The notes below the pieces were generated by a model. It saw only the letters and a program-made list of their open reading frames with translations, searched no databases and was not told the DNA's origin. Below, one piece after another: positions 27,252 through 39,388 of a stretch of 64,000 nt of DNA. The position numbers were made by a program, and so were the translations under genes. Within the stretch, counting starts at the first letter, position 1; the number at the start of each line of letters is the position of its first letter. The stretch is from Xylographa opegraphella (taxonomy: Eukaryota), in contig JALDZX010000026.1 in NCBI GenBank assembly GCA_022813865.1, positions 248,001 to 312,000 on the forward strand, given 5' to 3'.

Positions 27252-27784
27252 CCGCTGTGCGGCTCTTCTACAGCTCTTATGCATATTCTGTTGTTCATCG
27301 TGAAGCGATAGATATCTCGCGGTACTGTTTGGAAAGGGAAGCGACATGTTACACCGTGTTAGATCTGAGATAACACAAGCACGAAGACGCAGAACGGTAA
27401 GAACCATATTTATGGATGGCCACGTGACTGACTCGCCACAGAATCCGTTTTATGTGACAAGGATCATTGTGCGCTCTACCATGAAGTGTTCTGAAATGAG
27501 GCGACCTACCCGAAGAAGCTGTGCCTCGCAGCTGGACTGACACGATCGAGTGTTCTTGCTCGGATTCAACGCTTTCGAAGGCATTTCAGAAATCAGGGGC
27601 TATTTGCAAAAGTGCTAGGGAATGTACACATGCAACATGAAAATTGAGGAAATGTGACCAGAATTTGCTCCTGTGCTTTACCAATCAATGTCTCAGAATC
27701 AACGCCACGAACTAACAATGTAGATATTTTGTACAAGATCAACTGAGGCACGCGATTCCTTACAGTTGTTCAATCTGTTCCATA

Positions 27785-29656
27785 TCACTCGTCTTCATCA
27801 TCTTCGTCTCTGTGTGTGGGAGTCCTTTTACTCGCCCTTCCCGTAATATCCTGCCATGTAGCCCCGAACCGCCTTCCCGTACTTGCAAGTAGACCTTCCT
27901 CCTCATCCTCCTCAGCATCTTGATCGAGCTGATATTCATCGAGCTTAGGCGTGCGGAAAAGAGACGTAATGAAAACGACCAGAAACACCGCTTGGGAAGG
28001 GTCAGCAAACGTCTATGAACAGGTACCAGTGGATACTTACCGAGAAACACGAATTGAGCCCAGAAGTCAACAACTCCGAAAAAGGAGAAATTCACTGTTA
28101 TGCGATCCAAGAATGTACTGATGACACTAGGTGTGCATACATTTTTGGCTGCTGGATTGTCTGTAACCTCAGAGCAGGGACGAATGTGGGCCGGGTGATC
28201 GGTACAATTCGGCTGCTCGCCAGGATGGCGTAATGGGTGATCACAGAATGTTTGAGGGCCATAATGTGAGTACTGTGGTGCAACCATCATGGCCATCGAA
28301 TAGTTGATTGCCAGGGCGATTAGTATCAGCATAACTGTGGCCATAATCAATGCTTGCGGCGAGGTGTGGCCTTTACGGATATTGAAGATTTTGAGCCATA
28401 GGAAGCGAATGCCCACAGTGGCTATTCCGACAACAGAGCTGGCGAAGAAGAGTAACACCAGAAGCAAGAAAAGAACGTAATCGATGGGAAAGACTTTAGC
28501 GGACTTGACAAGAATCCAGTTCAGAGGATTGAAGATCTGTATGTGGCCGAGTACATAGCCACAATGACTTTTGCAGATCGAGTTCTTCGCCTTGTCAATT
28601 CCGGTCAACAGCATGGAGACCCATATGAAGAGAGCAACAAGTATGAGCAGAAGTCCACCGATGAGCTTGATAGGACGGAATATGGCTTCCGTCTTCATCC
28701 ATGCCTTCATCAAGAATGAGTGGTTCTCGCCGCTCGCTTCTGCAGCAAGTCTCTCACGTCGAACGAGTGTCCGCTCCTCACGAACCAGGGCGTCCAGCTC
28801 TCGTCGGTCCTTTGCGGGGAGGCCCCCTTCGCTTCCTAGATTCCGCCCCTCTAGTTGACGTTGTCGCTCACGGTTTCTTTCTAATTCGGACGCTGTGGTA
28901 GCTGTCAATGTGGGGGCTGAAATGGCCGGTGCAGATTTGATCAAGGCGACTGGCAAGAGCGCCAGACCGGCGCCAGTGTAGAGGACATAAATGAGGGTAC
29001 CAATCGTCATGAGCAGTCCAAGAGAGAATGTGAGGCTCCTTTCACCGTCTGTAGCGTTTAGTCAGCTACAGTCGCATCGTCATACTTCCCATACACTTAC
29101 GGTTCTCTGCCAGTAGGTTCTTGAAGAAATCCAGATCGTAGTGCCCGCCGCTCCTGTCTCTAGCCACAGGCACAAAGAAGCCAACCAAAAATAATATCCC
29201 GACGAGAAGGATAAAGGCAATGGTGTATTTGAGCGCACCCCAAAGCCGCTGCCTGATCGTCTGGGTGCCTTCCTCGGTCGCGATTTCATCGTATTCTTCA
29301 TACCAGAAGTAGGTAAACGGAAGGACAACCAAGCATAGCAGCGCATCCAGCGAGAACAGGGTGTAATAAACGATCTTGAGTGTGAGCACTATGTCATCCA
29401 CTTTTTGCTGTGTAGCCCATTGCTTCCGTTGGCCGAGCTTCGACGAGGTGGTGGAAGACACCAGTGCGACATCTATGGGAAGCAGAAGCACCGTCGCGAG
29501 TAAGGCGGTAATGGCAAATATGCTGACGATTGTCACGCTGGCCGATCGTTCCCTTGGGGACTGGTAAACATAGACAAAGATTGCAGCGACCAATGCAAGA
29601 AGCGCAACCACGACACCATATACTACCCAGATCAAGGCGATTTGGATCAGAGCCAT
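27785..29656 (-). CDS. LMBR1-family membrane protein (probable lysosomal cobalamin transporter LMBRD1-like)
   Basis: [61 protein letters not shown]; many TM segments; introns near 29050-29100 and 27990-28040. Confidence 0.88.
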
Positions 29657-30466
29657 AATTGAAGGGCGCAGATACTAAATCCTGGCTCGCACCTGTGTTC
29701 TTATCCCCAAAACCAGCAATTCGTACTTCCGTACAGCATGAGTAGAACAGGTTGGTCGATACTGGCGGGGCGCAAATCAGCCACGATTTCCTTGCTTGGC
29801 GTGAAACGTCATGAGCAAGCGCGTAACTTTGATTCACGGCGCGTCTGGCGTCTAATATCAAGCGTACGTCTTTTCCCCTTCGGGAATAACTTAATCATCA
29901 GGCTTCGATCGGAGACTCGAGTAGACTAAGGTACCCAATGATGATTCACAGTGTATACCGTCCAGTAATATGTCCCGTTCATCATCTGGATCTACAGAAC
30001 TGTGTACACAGCCTCACGGCCAGCCATTTGCGACCTATAAATATTAAATAGTGACCGGGATTACGAAGACAGCGTGCTACGCCTCAACCTTACGCCCGAC
30101 GAAGCCGATGGGAATGCCCCAACAAAGTCACACGATCCCATTTCGCCAGGAATGTTGCCATATATGTAAAACCCTGAACACAACATATTGCCCTCTCATG
30201 GTTCGGAATTGCCTCCTGCGCCTAACAAAAATGTTTCCATATAACATGCATGCATGTTCCCACCGTGTTCTCGTCACTTGCTTACCGCGAATCCATTAAA
30301 TCGTGCAGGTCCGTGAGGACGGACGCCGGGCTGCTTTGTTTCGAAAGCTCCGCTCTCGCAAAGAGAGCTGAACTGATATCGAAGATATATTCCCAGACGC
30401 GTCCCATAATAGAGGTGCCGCTACAGAAACAACCAAAGCTTCCCATCCGTTTCAAGAGCCGTCAAT

Positions 30467-31009
30467 ATGCCTTCTGTTTTACAAGCCCTCAAGCTCGACT
30501 CCGTCAGCCGTAAACAACGCAAAGCCCGCAAAGCAGTAGAAGCGTTGGAAAAAGCCTACGACAAAGCCATGGACGCCGAAATGGAAGACTTTCTCACGCG
30601 AGGACAAGTTTACTTCGCACCCAGCGCCGAGTCCATGTCCTCGGATTCGCCCCAACATGAAAAAGAGATAGCGGAGTTCTACCACCGCAGAAGCCTCGTA
30701 TATGCCAAGAAAATGATTGAATCGAAGAAGAGGCGGTTCAAGAAGCGCATTGTTCATGGAGCGGCCTTTGTCACGGCTTTGGGAGGGACGATTGCCGCCA
30801 CCGTTGCGTCGCATGGGGTGTTGGCGCCATCGCTGGCGTTACCTGGAGTGGTGATGACCTGGGCGCTGGCGGACAGCGCTGTTGAGAGGAAAAAGAAGAA
30901 AGCATTAAAAGAAGAGATGAGGCAGCCGGCTTCTGGTGCGTTACAGTTGTACTTAAAAGAGCGGGAGGGTGAGGATGTGGATGAAGACGAGGACGAAAAA
31001 GAAGAATAA
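30467..31009 (+). CDS. Hypothetical 180-aa protein with hydrophobic hairpin
   Basis: Intronless ORF with protein-like composition: helical charged N-half, ~40-aa apolar segment between basic clusters, acidic tail; family not recognised. Confidence 0.6.
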   Translation: MPSVLQALKLDSVSRKQRKARKAVEALEKAYDKAMDAEMEDFLTRGQVYFAPSAESMSSDSPQHEKEIAEFYHRRSLVYAKKMIESKKRRFKKRIVHGAAFVTALGGTIAATVASHGVLAPSLALPGVVMTWALADSAVERKKKKALKEEMRQPASGALQLYLKEREGEDVDEDEDEKEE

Positions 31010-31421
31010 GAACTTGGTATTATCGTCATATTCTGTCACATATGAAAGACGTTTTATATGCAGTGTATATTTCTCAACTCGTCACGCCTTATCGTAGATT
31101 TATTGATGAGACGACTATCGGGTATTCGGATCATGGCAATTTGATCTGATTAGATTGCCGGGATGAACTTTGGAGTATGCCATCATCGCCCCCAACGGCA
31201 GTTGCGCTGCGCCAAGTGGGGCCGTTCATTCCGAATTACGTATTGGCAGCGATGAAGTCACCACTGAGGGGAGGCAATTGCCATCTACCACTACTGTTCA
31301 CTTTGATTGTCAGCAGCATTCCATATTAAAGCATCCATCAACCGCAATTGCTTCCTTCTTCATTATCGAATCTACTGCGGATTCATTTTCTACTACTTGC
31401 ACTACCTTAACGCGGAAAAAC

Positions 31422-33206
31422 ATGGCGTCTTCAGATTCACCCATTAGGGCTCTGCCTAAAGAGTACCTCGAGGATGCTACCGTCGCTGCTCCGTAAGCTC
31501 TGTGTCCGTGTGCTTAAGTGAAGTAGTTACTGATAGGATTTAGCGATACCATTTACACTGCTTCCAACGGCACCCCAGTGCCCCATCCATACGAAGTTCA
31601 ACGAGCTGGCGAAAACGGGCCACTTCTCCTCCAAGACTTCCACTTGATCGATCTTCTTTCCCATTTTGATCGTGAAAGGATCCCTGAGCGAGTCGTCCAC
31701 GCCAAAGGCAGTGGTGCCCATGGAATCTTCAAAGTTACAAAGCCTCTGGACGATATCTGCCTTGCGGATATGTTCAGCACTGAGGGAAAGGAAACTCCGC
31801 TCACTGTTCGTTTCTCAACCGTCGGTGGAGAGTCAGGCTCTCACGATTGTGCTCGAGATCCCCGAGGATTTTCTGTGAAGTTCAAGACTGAAGAGGGTAA
31901 CTGGGATGTCGTGGCGAATAATACTCCAGTGTTCTTCCTACGCGATCCGGCGAAGTTCCCCCACTTCATTCATACACAGAAACGAGACCCTTCTACGCAT
32001 CTTACTCACGCCGATGATTCCACTATGTTCTGGGATTATCTTTCACAAAATCCAGAATCCATTCACCAAGTCATGATCTTGATGGGAGACCGAGGCATTC
32101 CGAAGGGATACCGCAAGATGCACGGCTATTACGGGCACAGTCTTAAGCTCATTAATAAGTCCGGAGAGTGGGTTTATGCACAATTTCATTTCATATCGAA
32201 TCAAGGTACCGACTTCATCACACAAGAAGATTCAAACAACTACGGCCCCGATTTCGCCCAGAAGGATCTCTATGGTGCGATTGAGAGTGGGGACTTCCCG
32301 TCGTGGAAGTTATGCGTGCAGACTATGACGCCCAAGCAGGCCGAGGTTCTGTTTGAGGAGCAGAAGATTAATGTGCTCGATCTGACACACATCTGGCCAC
32401 ACAAGCAATTCCCCCTCCGCGAAATTGGAACCATGGAATTGAATCGCAATGCGATCAACTACTTTGCAGAAGTTGAACAGGCTGCCTATAATCCATCTCA
32501 TATGGTGCCTGGTATCGAGCCGTCAGCGGATCCCGTCCTACAAAGTCGCCTCTTTTCGTACGCTGACACTCACCGACATCGCGTTGGTGCCAACTATCAG
32601 CAGCTTCCAGTCAATCAGCCCAAGACTCGGTACCATAAGAGCAGTTTCCAGCGAGATGGTAGTATGGCTTTTTACAACCACGGACAAGCACCCAATTACT
32701 TGTCGTCAATTGCTCCGATCAGTTTTAAGCCGCGTGTTATGGACGTCGACCAAACTCATGGTGAATTCGTTGGCCGAGCAGTGGCATTCTTGTCCGAGAT
32801 CCGGCCAGAGGACTTCAATGGTCCACGTGCACTGTGGGAAAAGGTCTTTAGCGAAGATGCTAAGCAGCGAATGATTAAGAACATGTCTGGTCATATGGAA
32901 AATTGTAGAGAGAAGGAAATCATCAAGCGCCAAATCGCAATCTTCCGAGAAGTTTCGCCTGACATCGCCACGCGCCTGGAGAAGGCCACGGGCATCAAAG
33001 GATATCCAGGTATAGCTGACTTGCAGTTTAACGGTACTCACAACGGCATGGCCAAGAGCGAGAAGAACCGTTCTGCAAATGGAGTGAAGCCTCCCCTATA
33101 TTTTGGCACCAACCAGAATGCTGGACCAGTTCCCACGACTCATGCAGGCATCAATGGTGCGAAGGGTACGAATGGGAATTCAAACGGCCACGCCAATGGT
33201 CATTAA
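31422..33206 (+). CDS. Monofunctional small-subunit haem catalase
   Basis: One intron near 31493-31542; active-site FDRERIPERVVHAKGSG and haem-ligand RLFSYADTH signatures. Confidence 0.96.
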
Positions 33207-34085
33207 ATGATGTGAACCCCAGTTGTATACCATTGCCCTGGGATTGAAAGCTTGTATATAATGAAGCGATATTTTCATGATCAATCTAGCTTACGAATAC
33301 ATACATGAGGACAATCCATGCGTGTATTGATAACCTTGAGGTGCATGATTGAAGTAATTGCATTTTGTCAGTGTACGATACATATGTGGATAACATTGAT
33401 ATGTTACATAAAGCATGAATATGTTGAGATATATTTAACGACCGGCTCCGTCGATACTATCTACTATCATACCATTTGTTTTGAAGTGCCGTACAGGTCG
33501 GTAGATATTGAACGTGGGGTTGATCCATCTGTTCTGTTAACTTGAAGGAATCGGTGAAGTCTTGGCAGTGCATGATTGGCCGACCGAGCAGCTTAGCGCA
33601 CCACAACGTTTCTGTTGTTTTGGTAGAACGGCTTGAAACGCCGGAGTATCCTGGGCAATACTCTACCGCCAAGATCATACAGACTTTATTCGTTGAGTAT
33701 AACAGGATTGGGCTAAACGTCTTCAATATAACGTCCTCGCAGCCCCTCGCAGCACGACGCAGCGCTGACGACAAGCAAGTCCCGCCGTACGCGTTCACGT
33801 TTATACGCAACATTCTGAAATATACTCACGTGCAGAGCAGCTTCGAGGGGTGGGGTAAAAACGAGTTCCAGACCATGCTCCAATACTCCAAAGAAACCGC
33901 GTGAACGAAAAACGCTTGTGCTGTTAATGGCCCTCAAAGTGGGACTTATCTTAGTACATTCAATCCATAATGGCCTGCACCACATACCTCTATTCTTGTG
34001 ATGACTTGTTCCGTTCTTTGTTTCGCCGATCGCCTACATATGAACCAATATCTCTCGCGAGGTTTATTGCTGCAAGCTTCTTGAT

Positions 34086-34865
34086 ATGGATGTGAAATCC
34101 ACGAAGGAGCTGGCTTTCGCTGAATATTGGAACAACCGATACGACAAGAGACCGGCAGGATCGGAAGAAGCAACGTACGAATGGTTCAGAACCTTTGAGA
34201 AGTTGCGTCCATTCCTGCAAGAGGAGCTTCCTGATGCCAGCTTGAATCCACGAATACTGCATCTGGGATGCGGAGACAGCGTAAGAGACACTGGCCCAAG
34301 ACCGTGGCAGCATTCATCGCTGGTGTCATTTTTGTCGAGATATTGCTGACCGCTGTCCTCTCTCTACCCCAGTCTTTACCTGCCGATCTTGCCAACCTGC
34401 AGTACAGGGACCATATCTCCGTCGACTTTTCAGATGTAGTGATCAAGCAGATGCAATCGAAATATCCAGACCTTGAGTGGCGCGTCGAAGATGTACGGAA
34501 CCTCAGTCTTGATGACGCTTCAATTGACATTGCTATCGACAAGGCAAGTGCCCAACAATTATCAGTATGACGAGATAGCATGCTGATCGACACAGGGGAC
34601 TCTGGATGCTATGCTACATGGCTCACAGTGGGATCCTCCGGAGGATGTGCAAGCCAATGTCCGAGCATACGTCGACGAAGTCACCAGGATACTGAAGCCG
34701 AATGGGCGTTGGCTGTACATTACGTTTCGGCAGCCACATTTCGTGAGACCGCAGCTCCTTCGTGAAGGAGTTTGGGATATCGTTGTCAAGCGCTTGGAGG
34801 ATGGTCCGGGCACATTTGAATACTTTGCCTACGTTTCGACGAAGCATAGCGCATCGAACGAATGA
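34086..34865 (+). CDS. Class I SAM-dependent methyltransferase (EEF1AKMT4/METTL13 N-domain-like)
   Basis: EYWNNRY...YEWF, motif I ILHLGCGDS, VDFSDVVI, DIAIDK|GTLDAM, RILKPNGRWLYITFRQPHF; introns 34281-34372 and GC-AG 34544-34595. Confidence 0.88.
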
Positions 34866-36178
34866 ATACCGATTGAAGGTTGGATATTACCGCTTGGGAA
34901 GGCCATTGCCAAGATGTAATGTGAGTATTTGCCTTGTTTATTAGAAATAGAGGCTGTTAACACAGGATAGGCTTGCATATCAGCAATAAGGCCCTCGAGT
35001 CTTTACACCTCTCGGAAGCAACCAGTAGCTTTCAGGACCTCCACGATCAAACTCCTAACTACAACAAGCCAGGTCTCTGGGGTGGACGATGGAGCCAATG
35101 TATGGCAAGTGTAATTGTTCGAGAAATACCATGCGCACTCCCCGCCCGCATACCGACGACGTCTTTGCAGGCGCTCACCGCGGGGGACGGGTTGGACTGC
35201 CCGCAGGGATTCACCGACTACGAATGACTTGAAGTTCAGTGTCTTCAGCATCTGATACTGTTTCTTGAATTAACGTAATTACTGGAACTTTGGAAAACGA
35301 GGCATCCAGAACGTGATTGATGGTAGCGGTTCAGTTGTTATTAGAGACTCCATGGTGGTTCAATGGGGGGCTTTCGTTCTTTATTAAATATTGAATAGAT
35401 GTGCTATAAAAGGAATTGTCAAATTGCAAATCGATAGACCGTGCTAATACTATATTACTCTTGTTGTTAGAAATAACGGCACCTGGCAACCCGGACCCCA
35501 AGTTGCCTGCTGATAACATAGACGCCGACCCTAATGTAGACTAGCGTAGCAGTAAACAAGGAAACTTTCTTCCGAATTGCCTCAGTAGTCTACCGCAGAC
35601 GTATGGCAACTTCAGAAGGAAGAAAGCAACCTTCTTACGTATGCTTGATGGCAGTCAAACGATACGCAGGTTCCACCATTCTGCTCCACTGTGACCCATA
35701 CATTTACACTATTGTAATAATTTTAGACAATTTGGAAGGGCAAAAGTCGCTTAAGCGGGATTGGCTGTAAAGGGAGGGTTAACCGCCGGCCCAGCACCTC
35801 TAAGCTGATATGGCCCTCGGGCCGCCTCAATTTCATCCGAGCGATTGGAAGTGCTGTATTCCCTTTCGAAACGTTGTGAAACGTTGTTCTCTGTGCAGTC
35901 ACAAGACTTTATTTCGGGAGATACTTATGATCTCTTCCATACTTCTGTTAATGTTGTAATCATGTTGTTACAATCTTTCTTGTCCAAACCCTTATATTTG
36001 TTTAGACCTTCATAATACCCAAATGAATCTATATTAGCATCTTCGTAGCCCCCAAATGGTGGAGCCGAGAACGTCACTCAATACTAATCTCTGTTCACCT
36101 ACCACTGATACGGGAGCTAACGGGTTGGCCGCCTTTCAGTGATAGTAGGTAGTATGACTTTGGCAGACGTAATGTACA

Positions 36179-39150
36179 ATGGGTGAACTTGATCAATTGC
36201 TCGTGGCTGACAGTGCTCAGATACTTGGGAAGCTTAAGCTGTTTTCATCTGGTCGCAAGGGAAGTATCAACCAACGAGAGAGCAATCCTGTACCTGTCCC
36301 GGAATCTGGCATCCAACCTTACGAGCAAACGAAAGATCCTGATCATATGCAGAATCTGCAACCGAAACTTCTTAGGAGAGAAGGATTGTCTCTCTTGACT
36401 GGTCCGCCAGGAGCCAGTGATAACGGAACTATATATGATGTGGACGTGATTGCAATTCATGGACTTAATGGACACCCTCGTAATACCTGGACAGCCAAGC
36501 ATGCGGGAGCCGAAGTATTCTGGCTACAAGATTTGCTGCCGAAAGCTCTACCGGGTGCGAGGATTCTCACATATGGCTACGACTCAAGGACATTCTTCAG
36601 TCCCTCAACTGGGAACATGGCCGCGTATGCGAAAGGGCTACTCGATGAGCTTGACCTAGAGAGAAGATCTCCAGAGGTATGTACGAAACAGCATAATTTG
36701 ATTTCTACGCTGCTTTACCGATAGCATTGCTTTGTGCAATCAGAAGCCATGATGATTATTTATGATATTGTTCATTCTCGTCAACCTTCAAGTCAAGTTT
36801 TTCTGTTTGTTAATCAACTACTCTGCGTAACGCTATTCGCTGCACTTGCACTTCAATTGGTCAGGGAGGAATCATTATCGCATTGTGGCCTGCTCTCATG
36901 CTTGGCGATACTTCAGTCAAAGAGTATTATATAGAACTGATTGTATAAAGTACGCCTTACGCCCCATTGTATTCATTTGCCACAGCATGGGTGGTTTGGT
37001 CTGTAAAAAGGTATTCCCTTGGTCCGACTGGCCGATATTTGCGTTTATTGCTAAATGTGTTTTCTAGTCCTTGGTCATTGCTAATAACAAAAGAAATCGC
37101 TATCAATGGGTGCTTGACTCTACCAAGGCCATATTCTTTTTTGGAACACCACATCATGGCTCCGATTTTGCTGATACCATGTTTTCTGTTTCACCAATTC
37201 TTCAGCTCTTTGATTGGGGACTAATCGAGTTCGTATCTGGCAAAGGTAAGCTAGTGCGAAGGGATCTAATCAAGGAGCTGAGCGCGAAATCGAAACCGCT
37301 GGACGAACTCTGCAATGAATTTGTTGAACGTACTGAAAAGGTGCCCATTATAGTTACTTTTCATGAGCTTCAGAAGATCCGTGGATGTATCGTAAGTGCT
37401 CAGCTCATATCGTATACATGATTTGAATTTTGATTGCATATACTCCATCTTTGAAAGAGACAACCATTTTGTTACGCGGCTTGATTATATCTTGCAGTAC
37501 CAAAACAACCAGTCTACATTATTGACTCGGGTTCTTAATTCAGGTCGTCTCTAAGCGTTCGGCTACCATTGGTGTTGCACATGAGGACGTTGTGCCGCTG
37601 CCGAAGAATCATCTTGATATTTGCCAGATGAGGAATGAGCACGAAAGTGCGTACCGCAGAATCGTTAATGACTGCCAGATCATTGGCCTGGGAGCTGGAA
37701 AGCACTCGAGATGTACGCCATCATAAATCATGTCTTGCCCGTCAAATATCTTACGACTATCAGCACTGGGTACCGTAGAACAACACTGCTTGGAGTCGTT
37801 AGCACTCTCGAATTTCGGTGATTTGTTTGGTCCAAGAAAATTGCTAGCAAACGATACATGCGAATGGGTTCTTTCAAATTCAGCAATTCAACGAATGGCG
37901 TAGCGGTCTTCCACCTTTACCATGAATATTCTACCGAGCTCGGCTACGGTAAAACCAGGTTGATGTTTTCTCGAATATCGAATGCTTCAGCAAGGAAGTA
38001 GGATGTCTCGCATGTCAACTAGCTGTAGCTTGTTCTGCGAAGCGAAGAACAGAAATTTAATGAGTGCAACGCCTAGCCTTCAAGGATTGCAATTGAGATA
38101 TTATGTTGCAGCGTCATGGCCTCATTGGTCACGTACATAAAGAGTGCCAATTCTCTCGACCGTGGTCCTATTATCGGCTTTGGAGGAGTTTCAAATCTAT
38201 CTCAAATGATCCAAAGGTTCGAGGTCCCTGCATAATTATAGATGCGTTGGGTGAATGCGACAAGAGAGACAGAGGTCGCCGACTAGAAGATCTTGGAGCC
38301 TATCTAGGAAGAAAGTCTAAAGACAGCATTATTCCTATAAATGTCATCATTTCAAGCCGCCCGGCTACGGTTGGAAACTTGAAAGAGCCTGGACCGTATT
38401 CCGCTTTCTTCGGGCTTGATGAAGACAAGGTCCTGCGGGCATACATAGCAGCAGATATTCAAAGATTTGCTTATGAGGAGCTGCTAAGCAGTGGCCAATT
38501 TGATTCGTGCGGTCATCCAGATAGGAAGGTCAAACGTGAAGTACTGGCGATACGGGATATATGATCATTCTCTCGCTCGAGTCAATCAGACTAATAACAA
38601 AATTATCGTAAAATCACTTCATATCATCATCGCTGCAAGGAGATCGTTGACTTTGATGGAGCTCAAGACTGCCGTGACCATCGAAGAAAACCATCATACG
38701 CTGGAAGATGTGCAACAAGCAATCGAAGTTTTGGAATTCATAGAAAGCTACTTCGGGAATGTCCTAAGTAGTCCCATTCGAATGGATGGGAACCACAGTC
38801 ACTCTCCGCCACCAAGCAGTCAAGGACTTCAATTTGAACAGACCTTACCTCGATACCAAAGTCAGACCCATGTAGTGCGTTCAGCATATTTTTAGAGGCC
38901 GCGGAACACACTCTCGCTCGATGCTGTATCTGTTTTCCTCAGCCTGGACGACTTCGGGACGAAGAGAAGCGGCCGAAGTATCAAAAACATGCACGATGGC
39001 CATCCACATGCCTCTTGGGCCTGCGTGAGCGGTTTTAGCGACATCGCCGAGGTCCTTCTCACATGTGCCAAAACGCTGATCAATACCTGCGACGCAAATA
39101 GCCACTGCCACTATGGGAATTATGGGCGCAACAGACGATGGGCTTCTGAA
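36179..39150 (+). pseudogene. Fungal NLR-like locus: SesB-like alpha/beta-hydrolase + degenerate NACHT + ankyrin remnant
   Basis: DVIAIHGLNG, FWLQDLLP, ARILTYGYDS, RPIVFICHSMGGLVCKK, FFGTPHHGS. Then TCEWVL, a frameshift and stops, P-loop GYGKT (37942-37956), Walker B IIIDALGEC, IISSRP, IIAARRSLTLMEL and ANK-like SWACVSGFSDIAEVLL in broken frames. Right end approximate. Confidence 0.82.
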
Positions 39151-39388
39151 CCAGGCCACGGCGTTCACGGAAACTGTGGCTGTGATTGGTGGCAGAGTAT
39201 CTTTGGAAATATACCACAGTTGACTTTCTCATACATCATGCATGTCCATCGTGAAAACTTGACACGCACATCCTATGCTCGTAACCAAAGGTGCTACCAA
39301 CTTATACATACAGTAACTACTCAACGCCAAACCCGCCACACACGTTTACCCCCTTGCATGCAATGTCCACCCCCCCGCCTCATCCAAT

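Noticed and set aside
33130..33206. Asn/Gly-rich catalase tail as an amyloid signalling motif or cryptic PTS1
   Set aside because: NG-rich tails are common low-complexity ends in fungal proteins; the stop is TAA without a readthrough context and no SKL-like extension follows.
33450..34050. Possible spliced minus-strand transcript and ORFs between catalase and the methyltransferase
   Set aside because: Isolated donor-like sites, a marginal 43-nt intron, and no coherent protein.
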